The notes beneath the pieces are model-generated. The model worked only from the letters and a program-made list of their open reading frames with translations. It did no database searches and was not told the origin of the DNA. From Candidatus Micrarchaeota archaeon (GTDB lineage Archaea > Micrarchaeota > Micrarchaeia > Anstonellales > Bilamarchaeaceae): a stretch of DNA of 31,468 nucleotides. Numbering within the stretch: the first letter of the stretch is position 1; each line of letters starts with the position of its first letter. The stretch is from assembly GCA_040754495.1 (NCBI GenBank), contig JBFMCO010000050.1, forward strand, positions 1-31,468, written 5' to 3'. Position numbers and translations under genes: made by a program. Shown in pieces: positions 17,406 to 27,362 of the stretch.

Positions 17406-19151
17406 ATGACATTCAAGCGCTCACCTATAATCTGCATCCTGGGCCATGTCGACCACGGCAAGACAACGCTCCTTGACTCGATACGCGGCACCGCGGTGGC
17501 CAAGAAGGAGGCCGGCGGGATTACGCAGATGATAGGCGCGAGCTATGTGGCGAAAAAGGACATCGACACGCTCGCCGGGGGCCTCGCGCAGAAGATGAGG
17601 TTCAGCATCAGCATACCAGGCCTCCTGTTCATAGACACGCCCGGCCACGAGGCATTCACGAACCTCCGCGACCGCGGGGGGAGCCTTGCCGACCTGGCAA
17701 TCCTCGTCGTCGATATCAACCAGGGATTCCAGCCGCAGACCGTGGAGAGCATCAGGATTCTCAAGCAGTACAAGACGCCCTTTGTCATAGCCGCGAACAA
17801 AATCGACACCGTGAGCGGATGGAAGAGCCATAAGACGGCCTCGTTCTTCGAGTCCCTTGCCCAGCAGCCCGAGCACATCCGCGAGCGCCTGGATGAGAAG
17901 ATGTACTCGCTGGTGGGCAAGGTTTCCGAGCACGGCTTCGACTGCGAGAGGTTCGACCGGGTCACGGATTTCACGAAGCAGGTGGCAATCGCCCCGATTA
18001 GCGCGAAAACCAAGGAGGGGCTGAGCGAGCTTCTGGTCCTGATAGGGGGCCTCAGCCAGAAGTTCCTTGGCGAGCGGCTGGAGATTGACGAGAATGGGCG
18101 GGGGAAGGGCAGCATAATCGAGGTCAAGGACGAGAAGGGGCTCGGCACGACCATAGACGTCATAATCTATGACGGCGTGATGCGCAGGAACGACGAAATC
18201 GCGTTCATGACCGCGGACGGGGTGAGAAAGACCAAGGTCCGCGGCCTCCTCGAGCCGAATATCGGCGGGAACGAGAGGTTCAAGGCCATAGACGAGGTCG
18301 CCGCGGCGGCAGGCGTGAAGATATCCGCCCCGGACCTGAATGGCGCCATCCCCGGCTCGCCAGTCGAGGCAATAGAGGATTTCGAGCGCGACAGCAAGGC
18401 CATCGAGGCGCAGTTCAAGAGCGTGATATTCCAGAAGAACGAGGAGAGCGGGGTTGTGCTGAGGGCAGACAGCCTCGGCTCCGTGGAAGCCCTCCTCCGG
18501 CTGCTCAAGGACGCGGAGATACCGGTCAAGGCCGCGGCCGTAGGGAGCATCACGCGCAAGGACGTCATGACTGCCTCGGTAGGAAAGGATGGCGCGCCGC
18601 TCCTCTCGGTGGTGCTAGGCTTCAACGTGCAGGTGCTGGACGAGGCGTGGGAGGAGAGCAGGAGCATCGGCGTCCCGATATTGTACAGCGACGTCATCTA
18701 CCGCCTCATCGAGCAGTACCAGGCATGGGTGAAGGAGGAGAAGGAGCGGCTCAAGAAGGCGGCGCTCGAGAAGCTTCCCTGGCCCGGGAAGATAAAGGTC
18801 CTTGACGGCTATGTGTTCCGCGCCTCGAAGCCGGCCATCTTCGGGGTGGAGGTGCTTGGGGGCCGCATCAAGAAGGGATACCGCCTCATGGGAAAGGACG
18901 GCCAGGCGGTCGGGGAGGTGCGGGAGATACAGCGGGAGAAGGAGAAGGTCGAGGAGGCAGGCAGCGGCGACCAGCTAGCGATATCGTGCGATGGCATCTC
19001 CATAGGGAAGAATGTTAGCGAATCGGACATCCTCTATACTTACATGACAGCTGACGAACTGGCCAAATGGGAGACGCAGCTCCAGATGCTCGGCGCGGAG
19101 GAGAAGGCGGTCTACGACGAGATGAGGCGCCTGCTGAGGAAGTATTTCTGA
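17406..19151 (+). CDS. infB: translation initiation factor aIF5B (IF-2)
   Basis: [30 protein letters not shown]. Confidence 0.97.
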   Translation: MTFKRSPIICILGHVDHGKTTLLDSIRGTAVAKKEAGGITQMIGASYVAKKDIDTLAGGLAQKMRFSISIPGLLFIDTPGHEAFTNLRDRGGSLADLAILVVDINQGFQPQTVESIRILKQYKTPFVIAANKIDTVSGWKSHKTASFFESLAQQPEHIRERLDEKMYSLVGKVSEHGFDCERFDRVTDFTKQVAIAPISAKTKEGLSELLVLIGGLSQKFLGERLEIDENGRGKGSIIEVKDEKGLGTTIDVIIYDGVMRRNDEIAFMTADGVRKTKVRGLLEPNIGGNERFKAIDEVAAAAGVKISAPDLNGAIPGSPVEAIEDFERDSKAIEAQFKSVIFQKNEESGVVLRADSLGSVEALLRLLKDAEIPVKAAAVGSITRKDVMTASVGKDGAPLLSVVLGFNVQVLDEAWEESRSIGVPILYSDVIYRLIEQYQAWVKEEKERLKKAALEKLPWPGKIKVLDGYVFRASKPAIFGVEVLGGRIKKGYRLMGKDGQAVGEVREIQREKEKVEEAGSGDQLAISCDGISIGKNVSESDILYTYMTADELAKWETQLQMLGAEEKAVYDEMRRLLRKYF

Positions 19152-19696
19152 TGTGCATATATCCAGACGTCCTTGCTTCCGGGCCGGCGCTCCTGCTTCA
19201 GGCCTTCACCGCCCTCTCGATAGCGGCATCAATCGCATTCTGGGTGTGGGCCTACCGGAAGCAGGGCGTCGGCCTCGGGGAGTACGCCATTCCCATAATC
19301 CTGTGGACTGTCCTCGGCACGCTCGACATCATGATAACCGCGAAAGGCACTTTCGGGAATCCCTTGCGGGAGGGGAACCCGCTCGCGAGGTTCGTCTTCG
19401 TGGAAACCGGATACGCCGGGCCCATGATTGCCAGCGTGCTGTGGATAAGCCTCTGGTCCGGGATAGTACTTCTTGCCAACAAGAAGGCAGGAGCGCGCCT
19501 TGCGCCGTTCATCTCGCTCTCCGTGTTCTATTCGCTTGCCACCGGTCACCTGTCCGGCTTCAGCTCGTGGTTCGTGCCGCTATGCGGAATCGCGCAGGCG
19601 CTCCCCCCGCCCGCACTGCGGCTGCCGATTATAATAGCGGCCGGATGCATCCTTGCGGCAGCCCACCTCGCATTGCGGGGAAAACGGATTTTGTGA
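19151..19696 (+). CDS. membrane protein (DUF5658-like)
   Basis: ATG overlaps the infB stop; LDIMIT...EGNPL motif between TM helices. Confidence 0.6.
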   Translation: MCIYPDVLASGPALLLQAFTALSIAASIAFWVWAYRKQGVGLGEYAIPIILWTVLGTLDIMITAKGTFGNPLREGNPLARFVFVETGYAGPMIASVLWISLWSGIVLLANKKAGARLAPFISLSVFYSLATGHLSGFSSWFVPLCGIAQALPPPALRLPIIIAAGCILAAAHLALRGKRIL

Positions 19697-19733
19697 CGCG
19701 TTCTTATAAATGCGGAGAAACACCGTCTGCGAC

Positions 19734-20411
19734 ATGAAGCTCAATGCTCCACGGGAGATGCCGGCCCGCGGCAAAAGCGCCCCGGCAGCGCCCGCGCTTC
19801 CGGAACCCCTGGCCGAGCAGAAGCGGAATGGGCATTCGCTCAAGGAAGCCGAGCTCCTCGGGATGGGGCAGGAGGCGATAGCGGCATTCGGCCTTGCGGA
19901 CATGGCAGGCATGAGGGAGGCCTTCCCGGAGCTGCATGACGCCCTCGCCGAGGCAGGACTCCGCGGAAGGCTCTCTTTCGGGGCTATGAGGACCGCGGGC
20001 TCCGGAGAGGAGAAGCGGCCCGAGGACATGGATGCGGAAGAGCTGAGAAAGCTGGACCCAACCCATCTTGATGAGCGCACGATGTACAGGCTCATCTGCG
20101 CGGAGTGCTTCAGGATGGGCAGCGGCAACCCGTATGCGGGAAGCCGCCGGGGGACTGTGCCGAAACTGCAGAGCAACATGAACCGGAAGCTGAGCAAGCC
20201 GCAGCACAGATTGTTCAAGAAATGCTGGGAGAGGATGGTTTCCGAGGGCGCAATAGCGTACAACACTAATTCCAGCGCGGCCTCGGTCGAGCCGCTGGCA
20301 GCCGTGCGCACGCCTGAAATCCGCGACGCCCTCGGATGGGCCATCAGGCAGCAGATGAAGGTCAGCGGCGAGTGGCGCGCGAAGTATGAGGGAAAGCAGG
20401 GCCGGGGATGA
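19734..20411 (+). CDS. hypothetical protein
   Basis: TTATAAAT about 25 nt upstream suggests a leaderless start at 19734; no family recognised. Confidence 0.6.
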   Translation: MKLNAPREMPARGKSAPAAPALPEPLAEQKRNGHSLKEAELLGMGQEAIAAFGLADMAGMREAFPELHDALAEAGLRGRLSFGAMRTAGSGEEKRPEDMDAEELRKLDPTHLDERTMYRLICAECFRMGSGNPYAGSRRGTVPKLQSNMNRKLSKPQHRLFKKCWERMVSEGAIAYNTNSSAASVEPLAAVRTPEIRDALGWAIRQQMKVSGEWRAKYEGKQGRG

Positions 20412-20455
20412 AAAACTATTTAATGAGAGACGGGCAGAGCTATGATGCGATTCCT

Positions 20456-21463
20456 ATGATAATCGGGCTCACGGGAGAGAACTGCGCAGGGAAAAGCACT
20501 GTAGCCGACTATTTGATGAAGAAGGGGTTCTACTATTACTCCCTCTCGGACATCATCAGGGAGGAGGTCAAGGCCGATGGCAAGGCCGTCACGCGCGAGA
20601 ACCTCATCAAAAAGGGCAACGAGCTGCGCGAGCGGTTCGGCCCGGGGATACTTTCTGTCAAGCTCGCGCAGAAGATACAGAAGGACAGGAACTACGTCAT
20701 AGACTCCATAAGGAACCCCGCGGAGGTCGACGAGCTCCGGAAGCTGGGGAGGTTCTTCCTCTTTTACGTGACCGCGCCGGCCGATGTGCGCTTCGAGAGG
20801 ATAAGGTCGCGCGACCGTGAGGAGGACCCGAGGACGTTCGAGGCCTTCCTTGAGATAGAAAAGCTCGAGATGGAGAACGCGGAGAAGACGAAGCAGAACC
20901 TCAAGGCCACCTTCGCGATGGCTGAGCACCGCATCGTGAACGAAGGGGACTTCAACGAGCTGCACGACAAAATCGACCGCTCGCTGGCAGAGGTGTCCGA
21001 CCAGTTCAAGCTCTCGCGCCCGAGCTGGGACGACTACTTCATGGGGATAGCCAAGATGGTCGCGATGAGGAGCAACTGCGTGAAAAGGAAGGTCGCGGCC
21101 GTGATTGTCAAGGACAAGAGGATCATATCCACAGGCTACAACGGCACGCCGCGCGGAACCAGGAACTGCTCCGAGGGCGGCTGCCCGAGGTGCAACAATT
21201 TCACCGAGTCGGGGAAGGGCCTTGAGGAATGCCTGTGCTCGCACGGGGAGGAGAACTCCATAGTCCAGGCCGCCTACCATGGCATAAGCATAAAGGATTC
21301 CAGCATATACACGACGTTCTCGCCGTGCCTGCTCTGCACGAAGATGATAATAAACGCCGGCATAAAGGAGGTCGTCTACAACGTGGATTACCCGATGGCC
21401 GAAACGCCGATGAGGCTGCTTCGCGATGCCGGGATAAAGGTGCGCCAGCACAAGATAGAGTGA
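20456..21463 (+). CDS. P-loop kinase-like domain fused to dCMP/dCTP deaminase
   Basis: GLTGENCAGKST Walker A; RPSWDDYFM, HGEEN and PCLLC zinc motifs. Confidence 0.9.
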   Translation: MIIGLTGENCAGKSTVADYLMKKGFYYYSLSDIIREEVKADGKAVTRENLIKKGNELRERFGPGILSVKLAQKIQKDRNYVIDSIRNPAEVDELRKLGRFFLFYVTAPADVRFERIRSRDREEDPRTFEAFLEIEKLEMENAEKTKQNLKATFAMAEHRIVNEGDFNELHDKIDRSLAEVSDQFKLSRPSWDDYFMGIAKMVAMRSNCVKRKVAAVIVKDKRIISTGYNGTPRGTRNCSEGGCPRCNNFTESGKGLEECLCSHGEENSIVQAAYHGISIKDSSIYTTFSPCLLCTKMIINAGIKEVVYNVDYPMAETPMRLLRDAGIKVRQHKIE

Positions 21464-21467
21464 TGCA

Positions 21468-21761
21468 ATGGACGAAGAGGAACCGCCCCCGGCGCCGGAC
21501 ATGCGCCCCATGATGAGAAGCCTCGCCCTCACGGCCACAGGAGACTTCTTCCTCATGATAGGCCTGCTTTTCATCCTGCTTGGAATCGCCAGCTTCGTGA
21601 CCGATTTCCTCGGCATAAAGGGAAGCGGTGAGTTCTCGGTGGGCGTCGCACTCGTCGCCGGCGCGATAGTGCTCCTTTGGCGCTCGCGCGAGGCCATGCC
21701 TGCAATGAGGCCGCCGCTCCCTCCGATGAGGAAGGGCAATACGTCAGAGGACTACAGATGA
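21468..21761 (+). CDS. small two-TM membrane protein
   Basis: two hydrophobic helices; operon-like spacing with both neighbours. Confidence 0.65.
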   Translation: MDEEEPPPAPDMRPMMRSLALTATGDFFLMIGLLFILLGIASFVTDFLGIKGSGEFSVGVALVAGAIVLLWRSREAMPAMRPPLPPMRKGNTSEDYR

Positions 21762-23101
21762 AGCCGGACTGGCACCTCCGGGCACTCATAGTCATATTCC
21801 TCGCAGCTTTCCTCCTCAAGGCCGGCTTATCCTCCCGCGAATACCTCGTGCACAACATCGACGCCGGCTACTATGTAAAGAACATGGAAGACGTCCTTTC
21901 GACCGGCTTCCCTTCGGTATCGGACCCGCCTCTCGCGTTCTACTACGGCGCCGCCTTCGCGTTCATCTTCGGCACGATGGCAGGGTTCAAGGTGGCCATA
22001 TCGCTCGCATCCGCGGCGATAGCGTTCCCGGCTTATAAGGTTGCGGAGCTGCTCTCCGGGAGGAAGGACGCTGCCATCCTTGCCGCGTTCCTTGCGGCGT
22101 TCTCCGGCACGAACATGTTCATGATGGGGGATCTGCTCAAGAACATGCTCGGGCTTTTCTTCGGCGCATGGTTCCTGTATTTCGCCCTGAAAGCCGGCGA
22201 GAAGTTCAGCCTGCGCGATGCGGCCCTGTGCGCGTTCGCCGCCATCCTGATGGTGGCGAGCCACTTCTCCTCCGCCGGATACATATTCCTCACGGCCGCC
22301 CCGTATTTCGTCCTGCGTCCATACCTGCGCCGCGTGGACGGGCCGAGCCGGGAGAATCTGTTCTGCGCAGCGCTGCTCCTTGCGCTCCTCCTCGGCGCGC
22401 TCGGCATAATCATCCTCAGGGGGTGGGACCTCTCCAGGGGCATAGGCGTCCTCGAGTTCTCCGGCAGGTGGGAGCCGAATGCCGGCTTCATCAGCGAATA
22501 CGGAATCTTCCTTTTCCCTGCGCTCCTCGGCCTTAGAAGCTCTGAAAAGAGGTGGCTCTTCCTCATCCCCTATCTTGCCGTTACGCTCCTCATGACGCAG
22601 CAGCTCTTCGTCAGGGAGGATTATACCATGCGGTTCGAATGGAACGCTTATTTCATGGTCGCGGTTCTTGCCGGCATAGGGACGTCTTGCCTCAGGGACG
22701 ACCGGGCAGCGCATATCGCCGCGGCCGCGCTCCTGTGCGCCCTGGTGCTGCTCTCCTTCTTCAGGGCCGCCGACGACACGCACCCCATCATATACGAAGA
22801 GGAGTGGCAGGGGCTGCTGCGGCTCCGTGAAGAGATGCCGTGGCTCTCCTTCCGGGGCATCTTCGGCGGGACTGAATACTGGGCCGAGGCGGCCGGGTTC
22901 GTGGTCAGCCCTGACGGGACGCACGTCCTGGCATGCGATTCCTCCATCCCTGCACCGAACAGGTGGCTCGCCGCAGGCTGCGAGCAGGCCGTCCGGATGG
23001 CTCCGGAGGAGATAAGGACGTACGAGGCGCGGGGGAAGGTCGCTGCCCGATTCGGCAGGTTCGCCGTCATCGAGGCCGGACCTCAAGAGATTAAAAGATA
23101 G
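21758..23101 (+). CDS. polytopic membrane protein, GT-C glycosyltransferase-like
   Basis: HNIDAGYY and DPPLAFY in the first external loop, many TM helices; ATGA overlap with the upstream gene. Confidence 0.6.
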   Translation: MKPDWHLRALIVIFLAAFLLKAGLSSREYLVHNIDAGYYVKNMEDVLSTGFPSVSDPPLAFYYGAAFAFIFGTMAGFKVAISLASAAIAFPAYKVAELLSGRKDAAILAAFLAAFSGTNMFMMGDLLKNMLGLFFGAWFLYFALKAGEKFSLRDAALCAFAAILMVASHFSSAGYIFLTAAPYFVLRPYLRRVDGPSRENLFCAALLLALLLGALGIIILRGWDLSRGIGVLEFSGRWEPNAGFISEYGIFLFPALLGLRSSEKRWLFLIPYLAVTLLMTQQLFVREDYTMRFEWNAYFMVAVLAGIGTSCLRDDRAAHIAAAALLCALVLLSFFRAADDTHPIIYEEEWQGLLRLREEMPWLSFRGIFGGTEYWAEAAGFVVSPDGTHVLACDSSIPAPNRWLAAGCEQAVRMAPEEIRTYEARGKVAARFGRFAVIEAGPQEIKR

Positions 23102-23113
23102 AGAGGGCTAATT

Positions 23114-23185
23114 ATAGCGGCAACGATGACCGCACCGTCCCAGGCTGACTGATGATGACAAGAGTAGCTAGGGAGTTGCCACTAT
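23114..23185 (+). ncRNA. box C/D guide sRNA, predicted to guide 23S Gm2251 (E. coli numbering)
   Basis: terminal stem ATAGCGGCAAC/GTTGCCACTAT; C-like ACGATGA, D' CTGA, C' ATGATGA, degenerate D GGGA; D' guide complementary to CUGGGGCGGU. Confidence 0.72.
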
Positions 23186-23285
23186 CAAAACACAGGACGC
23201 AAGAAACCGGATGCTGAATGCCGGAAACCGCCCGGGGGAAGCCTTATTATCCTTAGCGGGGATATAGCTTCCGAGAGGGGTATGT

Positions 23286-24029
23286 ATGAGACTTGTTGTG
23301 CAGGAAGCTCCAGCGCTCAAAGCCGCGGTTGATGCCATCGTCTGCCTGGTCGAGGAGGGCCAGTTCGAGGTGAAAAAAGACGGGCTCCAGCTCAAGGCCA
23401 TGGACCCCTCGCAGATATCGATGGTGTCTTTCACCATGCCCAAGGAGGCCTTCATCGAATACAGCGTCCCGGAGGAGATGAAGCTCGGTGCGGACATCGG
23501 GCAGCTCTCGAACGTGCTCTCGCGGGGCAAGAAAGGGGAGAAGGCGGAGCTTACGGTCGAGGAAGGCAGGCTGGTGGTGCGCTTCCTCGGGGAGAAGCAC
23601 AAGAGGACGTTCAAGATTCCGCTCATCGAAACCGGAGACAGGGTGCAGAGGGAGCCCAAAATCGAGTTCAAGAACACGGCAAGGATAAAGGCTGATGCGT
23701 TCAAGGAGACGCTGAAGGACGCAAAGCTCATCAGCTCGCATGTCCGGCTGCAGCTCACGCCTGAACAGCTCGTCGTGGACGTGCGGGGCGAGAACGGGGA
23801 TGTCAAGGCCGAGTTCGACAAGGGGAGCGCGGAGCTTCCGGAGCTTACGGTCGCGAGCGGGGCCCGGGCCACGTTCCCGCTCCAGTACCTGGAGGACATG
23901 GTCAAGGCCACCTCGTCATCATCCACCGTTTCGATAAACCTTGAAACGGACAGGCCGCTGAAGCTGGAATACGACATAGAGGGGGCGAAGGTCGTGTATT
24001 ACCTTGCCCCGAGGATAGAAACGGATTGA
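23286..24029 (+). CDS. pcn: DNA polymerase sliding clamp PCNA
   Basis: LKAMDPSQISMV, PLKLEY, YYLAPRIE. Confidence 0.95.
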   Translation: MRLVVQEAPALKAAVDAIVCLVEEGQFEVKKDGLQLKAMDPSQISMVSFTMPKEAFIEYSVPEEMKLGADIGQLSNVLSRGKKGEKAELTVEEGRLVVRFLGEKHKRTFKIPLIETGDRVQREPKIEFKNTARIKADAFKETLKDAKLISSHVRLQLTPEQLVVDVRGENGDVKAEFDKGSAELPELTVASGARATFPLQYLEDMVKATSSSSTVSINLETDRPLKLEYDIEGAKVVYYLAPRIETD

Positions 24030-24117
24030 CTCGTACGATTGTCGTAAAATGTGACACAGATTTAAAAAGAGAAAGCCACATAATAATACACCGCAGGCCA
24101 GAAACTGGAGTGGCAGC

Positions 24118-24993
24118 ATGAAAAAGACTGAATTCGCTTTCATACACGAAACCGGGAACAGGCAGCACAGCCTGGACGCCGGCAAACACGACGACTACGA
24201 GCTGCCGGAGTTCACCAGGGAGGTCCCGCTCTCTTCCAGGAAGCGCGAAAACGGCGAGACCGTGAGCGTCGAATACGACTGGAAGGACTCCAAGTCCCCG
24301 AGCGTGCGCGTGAAGAGGATAGAATTCCGCAGGGGCGAGGAGCTCTCGGACCTCTACCGGATAGCGGCAAGGGACGGGGCGGACAGCATCTGCTTCAGGC
24401 ACAATAACCACACTTACATACTGAGGAAGACCGTCAGGGAGATAGCGCAGGCGCTCTACAACGCCTATGGCAAGATTAAGGGGGCCCTCGAGAACATCGT
24501 CGGCTACCTGAGGACGGCCCTCGGCAATGACTACGTGCTGTCAAGGGTGGAGCAGGAGTCGTGGGCATTCGACCGGAGGATAGCCAAGGGCGGCGTCCAC
24601 TACGTCGAGGTCGACGCGCTCGACAAGAAGGGCAGGGGAAGGCTGGTCGAGATGATAACGGAAAGGATAGCCGACCTCCATGCCAGCAACCTCATCATAG
24701 GCCGCTTCACCCTCAACAACATACTCCTCGGCGCGGACGACATGAGGTTCACGGACCTGCGCAAGCTGCGCGTGTCCAGGAGGAGGGCTTTCGTCATAGA
24801 CGAGTTCAGGAGCATACTCCAGTACCTCTTCGCGGTGGGCCTCGCGACCAAGGAGGACATATACTGCGCAATCGCTTATTATGCGGCCAGAAACGAGGAC
24901 GGCTGCAGGGAGTGGTTCCAGGACCGGACCGGAAGGAAGGCCTCGGACCAGCTCGACGTAGTCGGCAGGATAGAAGAGGACGTATACAGCTAG
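24118..24993 (+). CDS. hypothetical protein with a C-terminal kinase-like (Bud32/RIO/Kdo-type) segment lacking the catalytic Asp
   Basis: IADLHASNLIIGRFTLNNILL...FTDL aligns by eye with LxxLHxxGIVHGDLTxxNIL...xIDF. Confidence 0.6.
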   Translation: MKKTEFAFIHETGNRQHSLDAGKHDDYELPEFTREVPLSSRKRENGETVSVEYDWKDSKSPSVRVKRIEFRRGEELSDLYRIAARDGADSICFRHNNHTYILRKTVREIAQALYNAYGKIKGALENIVGYLRTALGNDYVLSRVEQESWAFDRRIAKGGVHYVEVDALDKKGRGRLVEMITERIADLHASNLIIGRFTLNNILLGADDMRFTDLRKLRVSRRRAFVIDEFRSILQYLFAVGLATKEDIYCAIAYYAARNEDGCREWFQDRTGRKASDQLDVVGRIEEDVYS

Positions 24994-25027
24994 AGCAGAA
25001 CCGCCTCAGAACGTCCGGCCACCAAAT

Positions 25028-27328
25028 CTACATCGCCTCTACTTTCGTCTCTCCGTTGCGCTCCTTGTCCCTGCTCAGCCTGTAGCTCGACGCGAATTCC
25101 GAACCCATGAACGCCTCGTCGTGTGTTATGACGAAGGTTTGGTTGACTACCTCCGGAACCTTGAACTGGAGCGCGGACGAGAGCATCTCCACCGCCTCGG
25201 CATCCAGGTTGTGCGTCGGCTCGTCCAGGATGAGCCAGCCGAGCTTCGGCGTGAGGACCATCGCAAGGGCCACGCGGAGCGCAAGGGCGGCGCATGCCCG
25301 CTCCCCGCCGCTCGCCACGGTCTCCAGGCCGCGCCAGCCGCCACCGTCGTCCACCTCGAACATGTAGTCCCTCTCGCTCACCCCGAGGCGCAGGGCGCGG
25401 TAGTTCTTGTAAGGGTAGAAGAGGCCCCACACCTCGTTCATGGCCGTGTTTATGGCATCCGCGAGGCCGAGCCTGAGGCTTGCCTGGGTTTCGAGCAGGG
25501 CGTTCTTGTAGACCGAGAGCTGCTCCTCCAGGGACGCCAGCGATGAGATGTCTTTCTCCATCCCGCGCAGGGATGACAGCTCCTCGCGCACGAGTTTCAG
25601 CATGTCGTCATTGTGCCTGAGGTCGGCTTCCAGCGCCTTCTTCGCGGACTGGTGCTTCTCGGATTCAAGCCTGGCGCGCTCCGCGGCAGAGCGCAGCCCC
25701 TCGAACGCCTTCTCGTCGAATTTCAGCCCTGCGAGCTTCCCGCGGACTTCGGCCAGGGCTTTTCCGAGCTTCTCCGCCCCGGCTTTTTTGGACACGAGCC
25801 CCTTGAGCTCGCCCGCCGCAAGCCGGGCGGATTCCAGCTCGGGCGTGAGCTTCTCCATAGACTCATGCAGGGCCTTGCGCTCGCCCCTCAGGGCCGAGAG
25901 CGATGCGTCCAGGGCGGCCTTCCGCTCCATGGCCGCCTTGGCATCAAGCTCCTTCCGCAGCTGCTCCGCCCTCTCGGAAAGCATGGACGCGCGCCTGATT
26001 CTGGAGAGCAGGTCGTCGTTCTCCGCCTTCTTCTGCGCCGTTTGCGAGGAAAGCCCGGATGCCCTCGCCTTTTTCGCCGCTATCAGGCGCTCCTTTTCCG
26101 CCCTCACGTGGGCGATGCCGTCATCGCTGAGCTTCGCCATGCAGAGCGGGCATTCGGAGAGCCCGGGCTTGAGCTTCAGGAGCGAATCGCCAAGCTCTGC
26201 CGCCTCATGCTCAAGAGACTTGCGTTCCGACTCCATGGAAAGCAGGGACTGCTCGGCGGCCTTCTGCCTTTCAAGGAGCGCCTCCCTGCTTTTGCCCTGG
26301 AGGGCCTCCCCAAGCTCTTTTTGCACCGAGGCAAGCTTCTCCCCGGCCTGCGCGGCGCTTTTCAGCCTCTCGTCCAGCGAGCCGGCTTCCTTTGATAGCG
26401 AGGTGTTGCGCTCGTCGAGGGTTTTGAGTTTTGCGTTCAGGGTTGTGCGTTCTGCCGATAGCGCCGCCGCTTTCTTCTCCAGCTCCAGGAGCGCCGCCTC
26501 ATCCACGCTTCTTCCTTCCAGCTCCTTTGCCAGGGCCGAGTGCTGGGCAGAGAGCCGTATCTCGTCCTTGGCCAGGCGCTCGAACCCTTCCTTCTCCTTT
26601 GCCATTCGCCCGAAAGAGTCGCCGAGCGCCTTCGAGTCCTTCTCCTGCCTCTCCAGGGCAGCGGATGCCTTCTCCAGGGAGGCGGCAAGCTCAGAGCGCT
26701 TGGCGGCGCCTTCCTTCTCCTTCGACTCGAGCCAGGCAAGCCTGTCCCGGCTGAACCGCTCCTCCAGCGCCTCGCGCTTCGAGCGCAGCTTGTTTATGAC
26801 CGCGACCGCATTGCTTCTCGCAAGCTCGAACCGGTCCAGGCCGAGGAGGGCGTCGATTTCCTCCTTGCGCCTGCGCGGGTCGAGGGTAAGGAAATAGTCT
26901 ATGTTGTTCTGCTCCGAATAGATGGCCCGCGTGAATAGGTCGTAGTCCACCCCGGTAAGGCTCTTTACGTAAGCGGTTACCGCCACGGGGCCGTTCTCGA
27001 CCAGGGCATTCTGCCGGTATATCTCGGCATGCGAGCTCGTGCCCTTCTTGGAGCGCTCTATCGCCCGCTCTATGCGGTAATCAGCGCCTTCCCAGGCAAA
27101 ATCCAGGATTACCCTGGCATCGGGCTCGTTCAGCCGGATGACGTTCTCGAGCTTCAGCTTGCGCCTCTCCACGGCGGGGAAGGTCCCGAAGAGGGCGAAC
27201 GCTATGGCTTCGAGGATGCTGGATTTCCCGGCCCCCATGATGCCAACAAGAAGGTTCGTGCCCTTCCTGAACTCCAGCACGGACTGCGAGTGGGAGCGCC
27301 AGTTGAGCAGGCGTATGGATTTGAGCAT
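25028..27328 (-). CDS. rad50: Rad50/SbcC-type SMC ATPase
   Basis: GIMGAGKS Walker A, CPLC zinc hook in the coiled coil, ASGGE signature, ILDEPT Walker B, ITH. Confidence 0.88.
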   Translation of the reverse strand: MLKSIRLLNWRSHSQSVLEFRKGTNLLVGIMGAGKSSILEAIAFALFGTFPAVERRKLKLENVIRLNEPDARVILDFAWEGADYRIERAIERSKKGTSSHAEIYRQNALVENGPVAVTAYVKSLTGVDYDLFTRAIYSEQNNIDYFLTLDPRRRKEEIDALLGLDRFELARSNAVAVINKLRSKREALEERFSRDRLAWLESKEKEGAAKRSELAASLEKASAALERQEKDSKALGDSFGRMAKEKEGFERLAKDEIRLSAQHSALAKELEGRSVDEAALLELEKKAAALSAERTTLNAKLKTLDERNTSLSKEAGSLDERLKSAAQAGEKLASVQKELGEALQGKSREALLERQKAAEQSLLSMESERKSLEHEAAELGDSLLKLKPGLSECPLCMAKLSDDGIAHVRAEKERLIAAKKARASGLSSQTAQKKAENDDLLSRIRRASMLSERAEQLRKELDAKAAMERKAALDASLSALRGERKALHESMEKLTPELESARLAAGELKGLVSKKAGAEKLGKALAEVRGKLAGLKFDEKAFEGLRSAAERARLESEKHQSAKKALEADLRHNDDMLKLVREELSSLRGMEKDISSLASLEEQLSVYKNALLETQASLRLGLADAINTAMNEVWGLFYPYKNYRALRLGVSERDYMFEVDDGGGWRGLETVASGGERACAALALRVALAMVLTPKLGWLILDEPTHNLDAEAVEMLSSALQFKVPEVVNQTFVITHDEAFMGSEFASSYRLSRDKERNGETKVEAM

Positions 27329-27362
27329 CGCAGATTAGTAGCAGGAAGCGGATAAAAAACCG

